In this document: positions 28,843 to 38,108 of the stretch, one piece after another
Numbering within the stretch: the first letter of the stretch is position 1
Layout of the letters: each line of letters opens with the position of its first letter
Translations under genes and position numbers: made by a program
IMG/VR virus record: IMGVR_UViG_3300027804_000039
Coordinates: 96,001-160,000 of that record
DNA from: a virus
Length of the DNA: 64,000 nucleotides
Direction: 5' to 3' (one strand)
The notes under the pieces: generated by a model
Told to the model about the DNA's origin: nothing
The model's input: the letters and a program-made list of their open reading frames with translations, nothing else
Database searches by the model: none

Positions 28843-29202
28843 TTATCTCCTGGCCAGCTCTAACAGCATTTGGTATTTGCGCCATGCCGTTTCTACTGCT
28901 GGGTTATTTTTGCGTACAACTTCATCTTGTACCTGTTGATTGACTACACTGGTTGCATAGTCGTGATGACGCGACATTTCGGTATAATACCTATCACGTT
29001 CTACTAACTCTTGGAATCTATGTTTGGGTATGTACATCTCTACATAGGGCTCACGTTCCACAAATGAGTGGTATTCGTGATAGTCTATGGCAGAGTGGTG
29101 GTAGTCACGAACACTCATAGGTTTATAGCGGGCATATTGTCTGCGTTCACTCAGGCCCGCTTGTGCTTCGTATTTTTTAAGAAAATTATCTACATCAACC
29201 AT
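28843..29202 (-). CDS. hypothetical protein
   Basis: 119 aa ORF. Confidence 0.7.
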   Translation of the reverse strand: MVDVDNFLKKYEAQAGLSERRQYARYKPMSVRDYHHSAIDYHEYHSFVEREPYVEMYIPKHRFQELVERDRYYTEMSRHHDYATSVVNQQVQDEVVRKNNPAVETAWRKYQMLLELARR

Positions 29203-29443
29203 TCTTTAACATAAACCACGTCATATCAGTTGCTTCAAGCCTTACAACATCCTCTGGGTATTTGTTGTAATCTGATCTGGCTTTGGGCAAGCTCAAGACT
29301 TTGACCATTTTAGGGTTCAGCTTGGTAATCTTGCCCACGTAGAGTGCATTGCTCTGTGGAAAGGCCACAAAGTCGCCTATGGCTATCGTTCTGCCCAGCT
29401 TGTCCTTGTGCTCGGGTATTTCCTTGGTCACTTGCCACTCCAT
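29195..29443 (-). CDS. SH3/KOW-like small protein
   Basis: DKLGRTIAIGDFVAF...GKITKLNPKMVKV. Confidence 0.55.
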   Translation of the reverse strand: MEWQVTKEIPEHKDKLGRTIAIGDFVAFPQSNALYVGKITKLNPKMVKVLSLPKARSDYNKYPEDVVRLEATDMTWFMLKNG

Positions 29444-29895
29444 TCAACTAGTGTAACAGAACCTCCGCAACGTTCAACCTTATTGGCAAACTGCTCAATC
29501 ATGGGTAGGATACGTTCGGGGTCGCCGCCAGCCAAGCCCATGCCAATCAAGGGTAGGCCAATGCGCCACTTACCAACACGCAGGGCAATCTTATCCAGGA
29601 CCCGTTGGAATGCTGTGTACTCAAACACGTCATCCTTAGGGCCTGTGGATGTTCTGAACTGTGTGTAGCAGTTGAGGATAACCAAGCGTCCATGCATGCC
29701 TACAGTATAGGTACCCAGCTTGCCAGGGTCACCCCTTACTGTTTCGTCGTCGGCCAGCTTGGCGTCGGGAAACTGTTCGGCTATTTGTAGTGCAACGCCC
29801 GCACCCATAATGCCAAAGCAATTACAGCCGTGCATGATAATATCAAATTCATTCTCCTTGCCCATCTTCAGCAAGTCACCTTTAACTGTTTTCAT
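29428..29895 (-). CDS. macro domain (ADP-ribose) protein
   Basis: KGDLL, HGCNCF..MGAGVA, LPLIGMGLAGG. Confidence 0.85.
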   Translation of the reverse strand: MKTVKGDLLKMGKENEFDIIMHGCNCFGIMGAGVALQIAEQFPDAKLADDETVRGDPGKLGTYTVGMHGRLVILNCYTQFRTSTGPKDDVFEYTAFQRVLDKIALRVGKWRIGLPLIGMGLAGGDPERILPMIEQFANKVERCGGSVTLVEWSGK

Positions 29896-30056
29896 TCAGA
29901 TTCTCCAATTGTGAATAGTGTTTGGTCATACAGTTCCAACAAATCAATGTCAGACAATCCAGCAACTTCCTGTTGGGAAAGCTGGAACCTAGCTAGAAGT
30001 TCATCCTCGTCAAAGGCAAATAGAATCAGCTCGGTCATCATTTCACGCAAGGTCAT
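29892..30056 (-). CDS. small acidic hypothetical protein
   Basis: Likely start MTLREMM. Confidence 0.55.
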   Translation of the reverse strand: MTLREMMTELILFAFDEDELLARFQLSQQEVAGLSDIDLLELYDQTLFTIGESE

Positions 30057-30155
30057 ACATGATTCTCCATTTAGTGGCAGTAAATTTATACATTCCAAAA
30101 CGCTTGCCGCTGGGAAATCTTTTACCATCAAACAAATAATACAATAATTTAGGTT

Positions 30156-30347
30156 TCATTCTTCAACTCCAAAATGTTCTCTAATTTCCTCGTAAATGTC
30201 CAATGCCTCGTGATCAGCAGCAACATTAGCACATTCCCGAACAATCAACTCAGCATACTTTTCCATAAACCTAGTTTGTCCTGCCCAACTAGGATCAGAT
30301 TCCAATTTACTTGCTTGGTCCCACAAATCTTTATATCGCTGGTTCAT
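30156..30347 (-). CDS. hypothetical protein
   Basis: EKYAELIVREC...IREHFGV. Confidence 0.7.
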   Translation of the reverse strand: MNQRYKDLWDQASKLESDPSWAGQTRFMEKYAELIVRECANVAADHEALDIYEEIREHFGVEE

Positions 30348-30706
30348 ACCTGCTCCACATGCTTACATTTACCACGGAATGTATAGCCTGGGCAAGTACA
30401 GGACCGGTCCCGGGTGTTAACCAAGTAAACAACTCCCTCTTTGGACCCCGCTACTTCAACGACATCAGACTCCCGGGGTTCGATTAAATTCATAAACAGC
30501 CCACCCAGACTTTCTTCAAAAGGCCTAGCATCTACCCGCTGAAACTTGCGTCCACTACGCGAAATGCTGATAGGAGCCCGAAACCAAAAAGGATCCCGAG
30601 TGCCGTGGCGAATATAAGCCAGCATACGATCACCTTCCAAGTAATAAGTGTGATTACAACCCTTGACATCTGCCCATTGAGTTGTTTCAAGATATGCTTC
30701 AGCCAT
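30344..30706 (-). CDS. SWIM zinc-finger protein
   Basis: CTCPGYTFRGKCKH; likely start MAEAY with AGGAGTCG RBS. Confidence 0.75.
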   Translation of the reverse strand: MAEAYLETTQWADVKGCNHTYYLEGDRMLAYIRHGTRDPFWFRAPISISRSGRKFQRVDARPFEESLGGLFMNLIEPRESDVVEVAGSKEGVVYLVNTRDRSCTCPGYTFRGKCKHVEQV

Positions 30707-30732
30707 AGCGACTCCTGTCAGCGAATGTGTGT

Positions 30733-30761
30733 ATTGTAACACAGACAACAGGGTTAGTCAA
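30733..30761 (-). promoter_or_regulatory. sigma70 promoter
   Basis: TTGACT-17-TACAAT on minus strand. Confidence 0.7.
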
Positions 30762-30776
30762 CGCCGCTTGGGCTAG

Positions 30777-31688
30777 TTATTTGATTGGTTGTACTTGATT
30801 GCTTAATTGGACTGAGGCTATAGTTTGCAACCATGCATCTTGCCCACCCTGAGCCCAAACTTGCTCTGGACCAAAGAATGTAGTATCAACAATGGCCAGG
30901 CCGGCACCATCTTGTGTTTTGAAAGCTACCTTTTGGGCAGCACCAGCAAAATGCCAGGACTGTGACCCACGTGATAAAGCTACGCTGGAACACAGTACAT
31001 TACCTAGGCGGTTATTTTTAGTAAACGAGTCTGCACCGCGAACTGAATAGCCCACAGATTTAAAATACCTAGCCCAATCATTACCACCAACAGCACTGGC
31101 CAATTGGGTAATGTCGTCCCATTTTTCGCCCTGTCCACCTTCTGGACGATACCAAAGTGTAATGGTTGCGCCTCGGTATTCCCAACTATTGGCCAGTCGC
31201 ATGTCACGTCCTAGTCCTTGTTGTATGCGATCAATTTCCGTGGTTGAACCGCCTCTAGACAAGCCTGGATCTGCTTGAACAGGCACTACATCAATCTTTT
31301 TATAAGTGCCGCGCTTCATACCATGCTGATCTGTGTTATAGCGATCAAACCACCCAGGCTGTAGCATAGGGCTGTCTTTGGTCAATTGATAGCCTGTTTC
31401 CTTTCTGAACACCATGCCCTTATACACATACAGGTCGTTGGGATTGCCTGGATGTGGAGTTGCTCCAGGAGGCATTTCACCGGGCGGCATTCTATTGCTT
31501 TTGGTCATAGAATAGTCGCCAGGACCGGGGGTATACTGGTCAATGCCCGGAATACGTCCTGTTGGAGTGTCTTGACTCATAAGTGCTTCGGATAAACTGA
31601 CTGCACGAACACAATCATAACCGGGCTGTACTAGCCCTGCTTCTAAATAAGTTAATTGATCAATAAGTTGTCTTAGGTTCTGTTCCAT
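30777..31688 (-). CDS. hypothetical protein
   Basis: Likely start MEQNLRQLID; TAAATA upstream. Confidence 0.7.
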   Translation of the reverse strand: MEQNLRQLIDQLTYLEAGLVQPGYDCVRAVSLSEALMSQDTPTGRIPGIDQYTPGPGDYSMTKSNRMPPGEMPPGATPHPGNPNDLYVYKGMVFRKETGYQLTKDSPMLQPGWFDRYNTDQHGMKRGTYKKIDVVPVQADPGLSRGGSTTEIDRIQQGLGRDMRLANSWEYRGATITLWYRPEGGQGEKWDDITQLASAVGGNDWARYFKSVGYSVRGADSFTKNNRLGNVLCSSVALSRGSQSWHFAGAAQKVAFKTQDGAGLAIVDTTFFGPEQVWAQGGQDAWLQTIASVQLSNQVQPIK

Positions 31689-31891
31689 GGTGCATCCTAG
31701 CAATTAGGTATTTATCGCGAAGCGCTGGCGCGGTAGATATCCTAGCCGCAAAGCGGTGCGCGAAAATTTTTGATGCGCCTCAGTAGTCCAGTCCCAGTTC
31801 ATTTCATTCACCGGTTGGCCATTCGTTTAGTCCAGAGACAGCGGCCCCGGACTAAACTCTGGGTGATAAATATACAAAAGAGGATACCGCC

Positions 31892-32116
31892 GTGAAACAA
31901 ATACCCGAATACATTGTAAAAGCGCACAGCAGAAAGTTAAACATGACCCAGCGTGAACTTAATCTTATGAGTGCTCACCCTCGATCAGCAGCTGACGCAC
32001 AACGTTGGGCAGACAGTTTTGCCGCTAGACTGAACGAACAACAGTTCCTACGCACAACAGATTGGCAAGGACAAATTGAGCAAGTTGACCCAAACAATCA
32101 CGCTCGTACAAGATAA
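31892..32116 (+). CDS. hypothetical protein
   Basis: GAGGA RBS, GTG start, TAAATA upstream. Confidence 0.7.
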   Translation: MKQIPEYIVKAHSRKLNMTQRELNLMSAHPRSAADAQRWADSFAARLNEQQFLRTTDWQGQIEQVDPNNHARTR

Positions 32117-32119
32117 GCC

Positions 32120-32317
32120 ATGACACACGACGACTGGACACGATGGGTTAGAAATCAACTAGTCCAAGTGGCTAGCGACAAATATCCCAACAACATACAG
32201 CAACAAATGATATATCAAATTGGCTTTTTAGAAAGTCAATTGGCTGGTGCAATCCGTACTGACAGTAGAGTATATGATAATTTCAAAAGAAGTGTTCAAA
32301 GAGCTAGTAGACGATAA
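32120..32317 (+). CDS. hypothetical protein
   Basis: 65 aa, in operon with previous gene. Confidence 0.65.
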   Translation: MTHDDWTRWVRNQLVQVASDKYPNNIQQQMIYQIGFLESQLAGAIRTDSRVYDNFKRSVQRASRR

Positions 32318-32376
32318 CTTATACTATGTAATAGCTTTGACTATTATATGTGTAACCAGCTTTAATTTGGGCTTGC

Positions 32377-32577
32377 TTATTGGTTTTCTAATAGTGCTAT
32401 AGCTCGCTTGAACTCAGCAATAGTGGGTTCAGTCATACGCATTACAGTATGTTCAGTATGAGTGTCATATACACATATATGTACACTATCACCATCAAAG
32501 TTCTTGACTAGTAACAGTTGCTTTGAGCCCTGTTCTAGTATCTTATATACAGTATAAGAAGTCATAATTTTTTCCAT
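32377..32577 (-). CDS. hypothetical protein
   Basis: 66 aa ORF. Confidence 0.5.
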   Translation of the reverse strand: MEKIMTSYTVYKILEQGSKQLLLVKNFDGDSVHICVYDTHTEHTVMRMTEPTIAEFKRAIALLENQ

Positions 32578-32691
32578 TGAGTCAACACAACTGCCATTGC
32601 TACTTATACAGAGCGACTAGAGTGCAAACACAATAGCTATACTATACAGTCAGGTTATGGGCGGAACCTAAAGTTTTGAGCATATATGCAT

Positions 32692-32990
32692 GAGACCCCG
32701 CTGCTGTGTATATACACTAATCTATATAGTCCAAATGACTGTAGCGTTCTAGTTGGGGATCTATCAAGTACAGTAAGTAAGCACGGTCCTCAGCTACAAA
32801 GTAGTCCACACAGTCATTGCGTATACTGAACCAACCATGCAAACGCTGTGTAAGGAAACCCAAACTATCCTGTATAGTCCAGGATGAACGACTGCGTAGA
32901 CATATGATAAGCATACGTGTATATAGTTGACTAGAGACCCCGCTGCTGTAGACTAGGGTAGAAGCTGTATATAGGGAAGGCCCCGCTGCT
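32692..32990. repeat. three CCCCGCTGCT direct repeats
   Basis: 32696, 32938, 32981; first two extend to 16-nt GAGACCCCGCTGCTGT. Confidence 0.8.
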
Positions 32991-33049
32991 ATGCGTATGC
33001 GTAGGGGATGATTGGGGGAATGGGGGGTAACCATTTTAACTATGCCCAT
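32717..33049 (-). CDS. hypothetical protein (true start probably internal)
   Basis: C-terminal half looks protein-like; N-terminal half overlaps repeats. Confidence 0.45.
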   Translation of the reverse strand: MGIVKMVTPHSPNHPLRIRIAAGPSLYTASTLVYSSGVSSQLYTRMLIICLRSRSSWTIQDSLGFLTQRLHGWFSIRNDCVDYFVAEDRAYLLYLIDPQLERYSHLDYID

Positions 33050-33306
33050 TTTGACCTCGAGTCAAGAAATTTTTTCTACCATATCTGCGGCACCATAGCC
33101 TAGATTGTGGCTTGAAATCGTGAATCTGTCACACTTTTCAACACTTTTCAACACTTTTTTGCACTTTTCTAATTCTTGGCCTTGCGTATAGACATCATAG
33201 CGCATGGTGCCATGATCTAGATCACACTTTACTTGCACTTTTTCACACAGTATATACACGGTGTCAATTCTGCTAACCACACATAGAATATCAAACCGTT
33301 AAATAC

Positions 33307-33525
33307 ATGATGAAGCAGTATAATATAGTTCCTCTAGCACATATACACGTTAAGGACACAGACTATAATGTCTATATCAGTATGTGCATTGACACACGAC
33401 AAATGCATATATTCAAATATAATGATACATGTTGTGATTATGAAGTCTTTGGCACTGAGGGAGAAGCTTGTAGATTTATAGAGCAACCCATGCCTGGAAC
33501 TCATTCAAAAAATCGACGCAGATAA
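33307..33525 (+). CDS. hypothetical protein
   Basis: TAAATA 1 nt before ATG. Confidence 0.6.
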   Translation: MMKQYNIVPLAHIHVKDTDYNVYISMCIDTRQMHIFKYNDTCCDYEVFGTEGEACRFIEQPMPGTHSKNRRR

Positions 33526-33705
33526 AGGCCTGGGGCCTGTTTGGGCTTTCAGCAAAACCTTCAAGCCCAAACCATTTTTCGTTTTCTTAATAACCCGTTT
33601 GTCAACCTGGTCGTTGTTTTAAAGCAACGGTTAGTTGGCGCTTACCAACTTAAAAGGTGCTGCGCACCCTCCACGTCCATCCCCTGTATAGCAGTTCGAA
33701 CCTAT
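33520..33705 (-). ncRNA. putative structured small RNA 1
   Basis: Follows TTGACA-17-TATAAT (33740-33712); G-rich core plus several hairpins. Confidence 0.5.
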
Positions 33706-33807
33706 GCCCAAATTATATGCGATTTTGGGCAAAGTGTCAAATTGGGCTAAAGACCCTACTGTCATCATGGACTTGACAGTTTGGGTTCAAAATGCTATAA
33801 TTTGGAC

Positions 33808-34128
33808 ATGACGAAAAGAACTGCTCGTAAAGACTCAAACTATGTTATCTACGCTGCTATACATGAAGGCAATGTATACGTGGGCTTGACCCGTAAAGGC
33901 TCTACTACAGTGGCAAAGGCTGTAAAGGAGCGGTGGCGTAAGCATATTTCGCGGGCACGGCACGAAGACAGACAGTGGGTGATTTATCAGTACATCAAGG
34001 GCGGAGCATGGACTGACTGGGAACATGAGGTTTTGGCTGTGATACGCGGGCGAGCTGAGGCTTATGCATGGGAGCGCGAGTACGTCAAGCAGCATCAGCC
34101 CACACTCAACGATCAGTACATTGGTTGA
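33808..34128 (+). CDS. small GIY-YIG-like endonuclease
   Basis: VIY...YVGLT...R..H...E...LN; ATG 6 nt after -10 (leaderless). Confidence 0.7.
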   Translation: MTKRTARKDSNYVIYAAIHEGNVYVGLTRKGSTTVAKAVKERWRKHISRARHEDRQWVIYQYIKGGAWTDWEHEVLAVIRGRAEAYAWEREYVKQHQPTLNDQYIG

Positions 34129-34184
34129 CAGGGTTGTTCAATCCTGTTATAATATAGGCTACAGTAAACGAAAAGGAGCGAACT

Positions 34185-34886
34185 TTGAAATTACTTTCCA
34201 CAGCAAATCCCAAAATCCAAAAGGGTACGAAGCTTGGTTACTTGAGCTTTATCCTGCACCTCGCACCTGCTACACTCAGTGGCAAAGAGACTTGCCCTAA
34301 GCGCACCGCTGGTTGTACTAGTGCATGTCTTAACACCGCAGGGCGTGGTGGCATGTTCCGCAAGGGCGAAAACACCAACGTGATCCAGCAGGCTCGCATT
34401 CGCAAGACTAAAATGTTCTTTGAGCAGCGCGATGCATTTATGGCCCAGCTGGAGAAAGACATTAAATTGGGCATTAAGCAGGCTGCGAAGCTGGGCCTTA
34501 CTCCTGTATTCCGTTTGAATGGTACTAGCGACTTGACTTGGGAGAAGTATGGCATTATTGAAAAGTTCCCCCAAGTACAGTTCTATGACTATACTAAGGT
34601 CTTGGGCCGTAAGGTTGCACACCTGCAGAACTACCACTTGACCTTTAGCGCAGCTGATGGCAACGACGCTGATGTGGCAAAGGCTGTGGCGCAGGGCATG
34701 AATGTGGCTGCGGTGTTTGACAAGCTGCCCAGCGAGTACATGGGCAAGACTGTAATTAATGCAGACGAGCACGATTTGCGCTTTTTGGACCCTAAGGGCG
34801 TGATTGCTGGCTTGAAGGCTAAGGGCAAGGCCAAAAAGGACACTAGCGGATTCGTGCGCCGTGTGATTGACATCCAGGCAGTTTGA
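34185..34886 (+). CDS. GP88-like Cys-cluster protein
   Basis: CPKRTAGCTSACL, RLNGTSD, FYDYTK, YHLTFS; TTG start. Confidence 0.7.
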   Translation: MKLLSTANPKIQKGTKLGYLSFILHLAPATLSGKETCPKRTAGCTSACLNTAGRGGMFRKGENTNVIQQARIRKTKMFFEQRDAFMAQLEKDIKLGIKQAAKLGLTPVFRLNGTSDLTWEKYGIIEKFPQVQFYDYTKVLGRKVAHLQNYHLTFSAADGNDADVAKAVAQGMNVAAVFDKLPSEYMGKTVINADEHDLRFLDPKGVIAGLKAKGKAKKDTSGFVRRVIDIQAV

Positions 34887-34926
34887 GCTTATAATATACA
34901 CTTCAACAATGCAAATAGGAGCGACT

Positions 34927-35205
34927 ATGAACATTCAGGAAATCAACCGTGCTATCATTTCGGGTACATTCACTGCCCAAGAACTTGAAAGCATTCAGGA
35001 CGCTGTCAAGTTCGCAAGAGCCAAGACTGCCCGTGTTAACTCTGTGACCTTCCACGCAGGTGATACTGTAAAAATTACCCATGCCAAGCTGGGCGGTACT
35101 GTAGTAGGCACCATCCGTAAGATTAAGATTAAAAAGGCTGACGTGTTCATTCCCGGCAAGAACGTCACTTACAATGTTCCCCTTTCTATGTTGGAGGCTG
35201 TATGA
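34927..35205 (+). CDS. hypothetical early protein
   Basis: Own promoter and GGAGCG RBS. Confidence 0.8.
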   Translation: MNIQEINRAIISGTFTAQELESIQDAVKFARAKTARVNSVTFHAGDTVKITHAKLGGTVVGTIRKIKIKKADVFIPGKNVTYNVPLSMLEAV

Positions 35206-35429
35206 AATCAATCAAAGAAATCTTCCCTGGCATTATGATCCTGGACAAAGAGCCAGTTGAAGTACAAAACCCATTCTCGGGCGAGTGCGCGGTCTTGGAC
35301 CCTGAAGAGGTTGCTGTCTACGACTACATCAAAGGCTGTGAGCTCATGGGCGACTACACGGGTGTTCGCAAGGGCTTGGATTGGTTTAGCCGTAAGAACC
35401 CTGAAGCCTACATGACCCTGCTTGATTGA
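35202..35429 (+). CDS. hypothetical early protein
   Basis: ATGA coupling. Confidence 0.75.
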   Translation: MKSIKEIFPGIMILDKEPVEVQNPFSGECAVLDPEEVAVYDYIKGCELMGDYTGVRKGLDWFSRKNPEAYMTLLD

Positions 35430-35479
35430 CAGACTAGCCCAAACCTGTTATACTGTAGTCATAGTGAAAGGAGCGACAT

Positions 35480-35758
35480 ATGATGTTCACGCTAGAAGTA
35501 TATAAAAAGGATGCTCGTACTAAAAAGGGCGAGCGATTGGTACATAAGGCAGACCATGACATTAGCAATAGTGGCCCTGCTCTGAATATGTTCGAGCATA
35601 CTGTCAAGCATACATGGCGAGCTGGGCAGGGTTATCGTTATGAAATCCATGTGACTTATGTAACGAAAAAGAACATGATGACGGGTAATGAGTTTGTCGA
35701 GCGTTACGATACGCCTTACTACTGCTCGCCCAGTTCTGAAACCTACTGGAGCATGTAA
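35480..35758 (+). CDS. hypothetical early protein
   Basis: Own promoter and GGAGCG RBS. Confidence 0.8.
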   Translation: MMFTLEVYKKDARTKKGERLVHKADHDISNSGPALNMFEHTVKHTWRAGQGYRYEIHVTYVTKKNMMTGNEFVERYDTPYYCSPSSETYWSM

Positions 35759-35847
35759 AACAAAACCCGGCTGTCAACCGGGTTTTTCATTTGATCAGGG
35801 TTTAGATTCGACGCCCAGCCTCCACGTCCACCCCCCTTTGTTCGACA
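35756..35847 (-). ncRNA. putative small RNA 2
   Basis: TTGACT-17-TATACT (35881-35853), G-rich core, terminator AACCCGG/CCGGGTT plus T run. Confidence 0.55.
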
Positions 35848-35987
35848 TTGTTAGTATAACAAAACCCGCCCAATCAGTCAACCAAAAGAACAATACCCGA
35901 GTAAACCCTAAGGTCTTTAGCACCAAAAGGTTGACGTTTTGGGCGGACGGCGCTATAATTGCAGCATAAGTTAACAAGGAGCGCAAT

Positions 35988-36230
35988 ATGCAAACAAACT
36001 GCCTAGCCCGTGCAACGCTTGTAAAAAGCCGCAAGCTGCAAAACACACAATTCTACAAACTCAAAGTCGCGTTTAATGTAACGCAAGTTAACCCTGCTAC
36101 AGGCAAGTTTATTTTCCCTGTACAAAAACAATGCGCTTATGTAAGCGGGGACATACAAATTGACGAGCTAGGGCGTGTGCTTGTAAACGTGCAGCAAGTT
36201 ATACGCAGCAAAAACATAGAACTTGTGTAA
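35988..36230 (+). CDS. hypothetical early protein
   Basis: Own promoter and GGAGCG RBS. Confidence 0.75.
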   Translation: MQTNCLARATLVKSRKLQNTQFYKLKVAFNVTQVNPATGKFIFPVQKQCAYVSGDIQIDELGRVLVNVQQVIRSKNIELV

Positions 36231-36308
36231 GCTGTAGGGTCTTTATAGCGCACACTTGACATTTTGGGCAGGGTGCGCTATAATACAAACACTTAGAAGG
36301 AGCGTAAG

Positions 36309-36473
36309 ATGACTGTTAAAGAGCAACTGTTTGCTAAAATTGCAGAGCTGGAAAACCTGCTGTTGGAAGCTGAGTGCGACGGTGTACAGCTGGCAGAAGG
36401 TGACGATGTGCTGGGCGAGCTGACTAGCACACTAAACAGGCTTGCTGACGAGATTGACTACTACGTGGATTAA
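36309..36473 (+). CDS. 54 aa acidic early protein
   Basis: Hand-translated MTVKEQLFAKIAELENLL...DYYVD; own promoter and GGAGCG RBS. Confidence 0.75.
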   Translation: MTVKEQLFAKIAELENLLLEAECDGVQLAEGDDVLGELTSTLNRLADEIDYYVD

Positions 36474-36503
36474 TGCTATAATTGTTTTTTGAAGGAGCGA
36501 TAG

Positions 36504-36866
36504 ATGAGTAAAGTACTTTTTAGCACTAGTGGCGACGGCTACTGGAGCAACGTGCAAAAAACTGTAGAGATTACAGACATGAAGCTGGGCTATGTTAGCG
36601 ACGAGGGCGACTTTGGCGAGTTGCGAGTGTACTTTAACACTGACACTTGGGACGTTAATACAGACGGCTTAATTTACACAGACGGCCTGTTTAAACAGGA
36701 GCTGATGGCGTTTATTAAAGAGCATGGGCTTGTGGTAGACTTGTGCTACAGCGAGCAAGGTATGCAAGGCGATGACTATGTGTCGCTGGACGTGGGCAAA
36801 GACTTTTTGGACAGCTGGGCTGCTAAGTTTGGCGTAGACAGCATTAAGGAGGCTATGTATGCTTAA
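36504..36866 (+). CDS. hypothetical early protein
   Basis: Own promoter and GGAGCG RBS. Confidence 0.8.
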   Translation: MSKVLFSTSGDGYWSNVQKTVEITDMKLGYVSDEGDFGELRVYFNTDTWDVNTDGLIYTDGLFKQELMAFIKEHGLVVDLCYSEQGMQGDDYVSLDVGKDFLDSWAAKFGVDSIKEAMYA

Positions 36867-37053
36867 CGACAAACAAAACAAACTGTTACTTGAAGCTGTA
36901 GACTTACTGCACCGCGCGGATGCATTAATGCAGCAAGGGTGGGGCAAGGAAGAAGGCGAAGAGTTGTACTGTATACACAATGCCATTGAGTGCGCAGCTG
37001 ACGACATATTGGATTACATACAGGCAAACAACCCAGAGGACATGGATGCTTAA
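36859..37053 (+). CDS. small acidic protein
   Basis: Coupled ORF. Confidence 0.7.
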   Translation: MLNDKQNKLLLEAVDLLHRADALMQQGWGKEEGEELYCIHNAIECAADDILDYIQANNPEDMDA

Positions 37054-37270
37054 CAATACACTACAGTGGGCAGGCACTGTATGTCTGCTCACTATGTATG
37101 TCCTAATGAGCTTTTACCCACACCTCCACCCTTGGAACATTGCGGCTGGAGTACTTGGAGGCATTTGCTACTTGGCTTGGACTGTGCGGGTGCGGAATAC
37201 TCCACAATTAATTGTCAATGCAGTTGCAATAACCATTGGGCTTGCAGGGTTATTCAAGGCATGGGGTTGA
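37046..37270 (+). CDS. small three-TM membrane protein
   Basis: Start MLNNTLQW; three hydrophobic segments. Confidence 0.7.
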   Translation: MLNNTLQWAGTVCLLTMYVLMSFYPHLHPWNIAAGVLGGICYLAWTVRVRNTPQLIVNAVAITIGLAGLFKAWG

Positions 37271-37321
37271 CAGTTTGGGCAAGCTCTGCTATACTATAGG
37301 CTAAGTTAACAAGGAGCGAAC

Positions 37322-37594
37322 ATGTTAAACATTTCTAAAATTGTCAAAACCTACTCAGGCAAAATGGGTGGTTGTATGTGCGGGTGCCGGGGCAAGTATT
37401 CCTACACCGCAGACGGAGCTGCTAACCACGGCCCGGGCTACAATGTAGAGGACAGCGTCAACGAACGCTCTGTACGCATTATCGCTAAGAAGGTGCTAGC
37501 CAATCCCAACTGCAAGTGGGAGGACAACATTGCCTACGTCGAGGACAAGGTTAAAGGCCGCATCCAAGTAATCTTTTTTAAGGAAGCCCTGTGA
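37322..37594 (+). CDS. hypothetical early protein
   Basis: GCMCGCRGKY; own promoter and RBS. Confidence 0.8.
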   Translation: MLNISKIVKTYSGKMGGCMCGCRGKYSYTADGAANHGPGYNVEDSVNERSVRIIAKKVLANPNCKWEDNIAYVEDKVKGRIQVIFFKEAL

Positions 37595-37839
37595 TTACTG
37601 CTGAAGCACTTCAAACCCTCATCAACTACCGTGCCCCTGAACTGACACGCTTGGTCAAGGAGGGCGGGTACAAAGGCCCTGCGTTCAGCTCATGCCGCTT
37701 CCTGGGCATTACTAACGGCGGGCAACTGTGCTACCTTGCTGTCTTCTTAGTGGAGGGTGGCACTGACAGCGCAAAGGTGTTTGTTACCCACAGAGCTGGT
37801 AGGGTTTCTGCAGAGGTTGACAGGAACTCAGTTTGGTAA
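37591..37839 (+). CDS. hypothetical early protein
   Basis: GTGA coupling. Confidence 0.7.
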   Translation: MITAEALQTLINYRAPELTRLVKEGGYKGPAFSSCRFLGITNGGQLCYLAVFLVEGGTDSAKVFVTHRAGRVSAEVDRNSVW

Positions 37840-37871
37840 TATAATATACACATACTAACAAGGAGCGAACC

Positions 37872-38108
37872 ATGCGAGTAGAAGACCTTATTGCAGAACT
37901 GCAACTCATGCCACAGGACGCAGAAGTCCACTTCCAATACAATTACGGAGACCACTGGCGCACCCAGGTTGCTCCTACTGTCGACAGCGTAGAGATGGGT
38001 CTTGTCAAGTACAGTGACTACCACCGTATGCCCAAAGTCGTAGAACCCGACTGGGACGAAGAGGACGCTGACCAAGTTGACGGCAAACAAGTTGTCTTAA
38101 TTGGTTGA
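37872..38108 (+). CDS. hypothetical early protein
   Basis: MRVEDLIAELQLMPQDAEV; own promoter and RBS. Confidence 0.8.
   Translation: MRVEDLIAELQLMPQDAEVHFQYNYGDHWRTQVAPTVDSVEMGLVKYSDYHRMPKVVEPDWDEEDADQVDGKQVVLIG

Noticed and set aside
33541-33750. 69 aa plus-strand TTG ORF
   Set aside because: No RBS; spans hairpins and a minus-strand promoter, better explained as non-coding RNA.
34191-34934. 247 aa minus-strand ORF
   Set aside because: Antisense shadow of the GP88-like gene; no motif or RBS.
36787-36795. TGGACGTGG match to the sRNA core
   Set aside because: Short match inside a coding sequence, on the opposite strand and without the G-run; likely chance.
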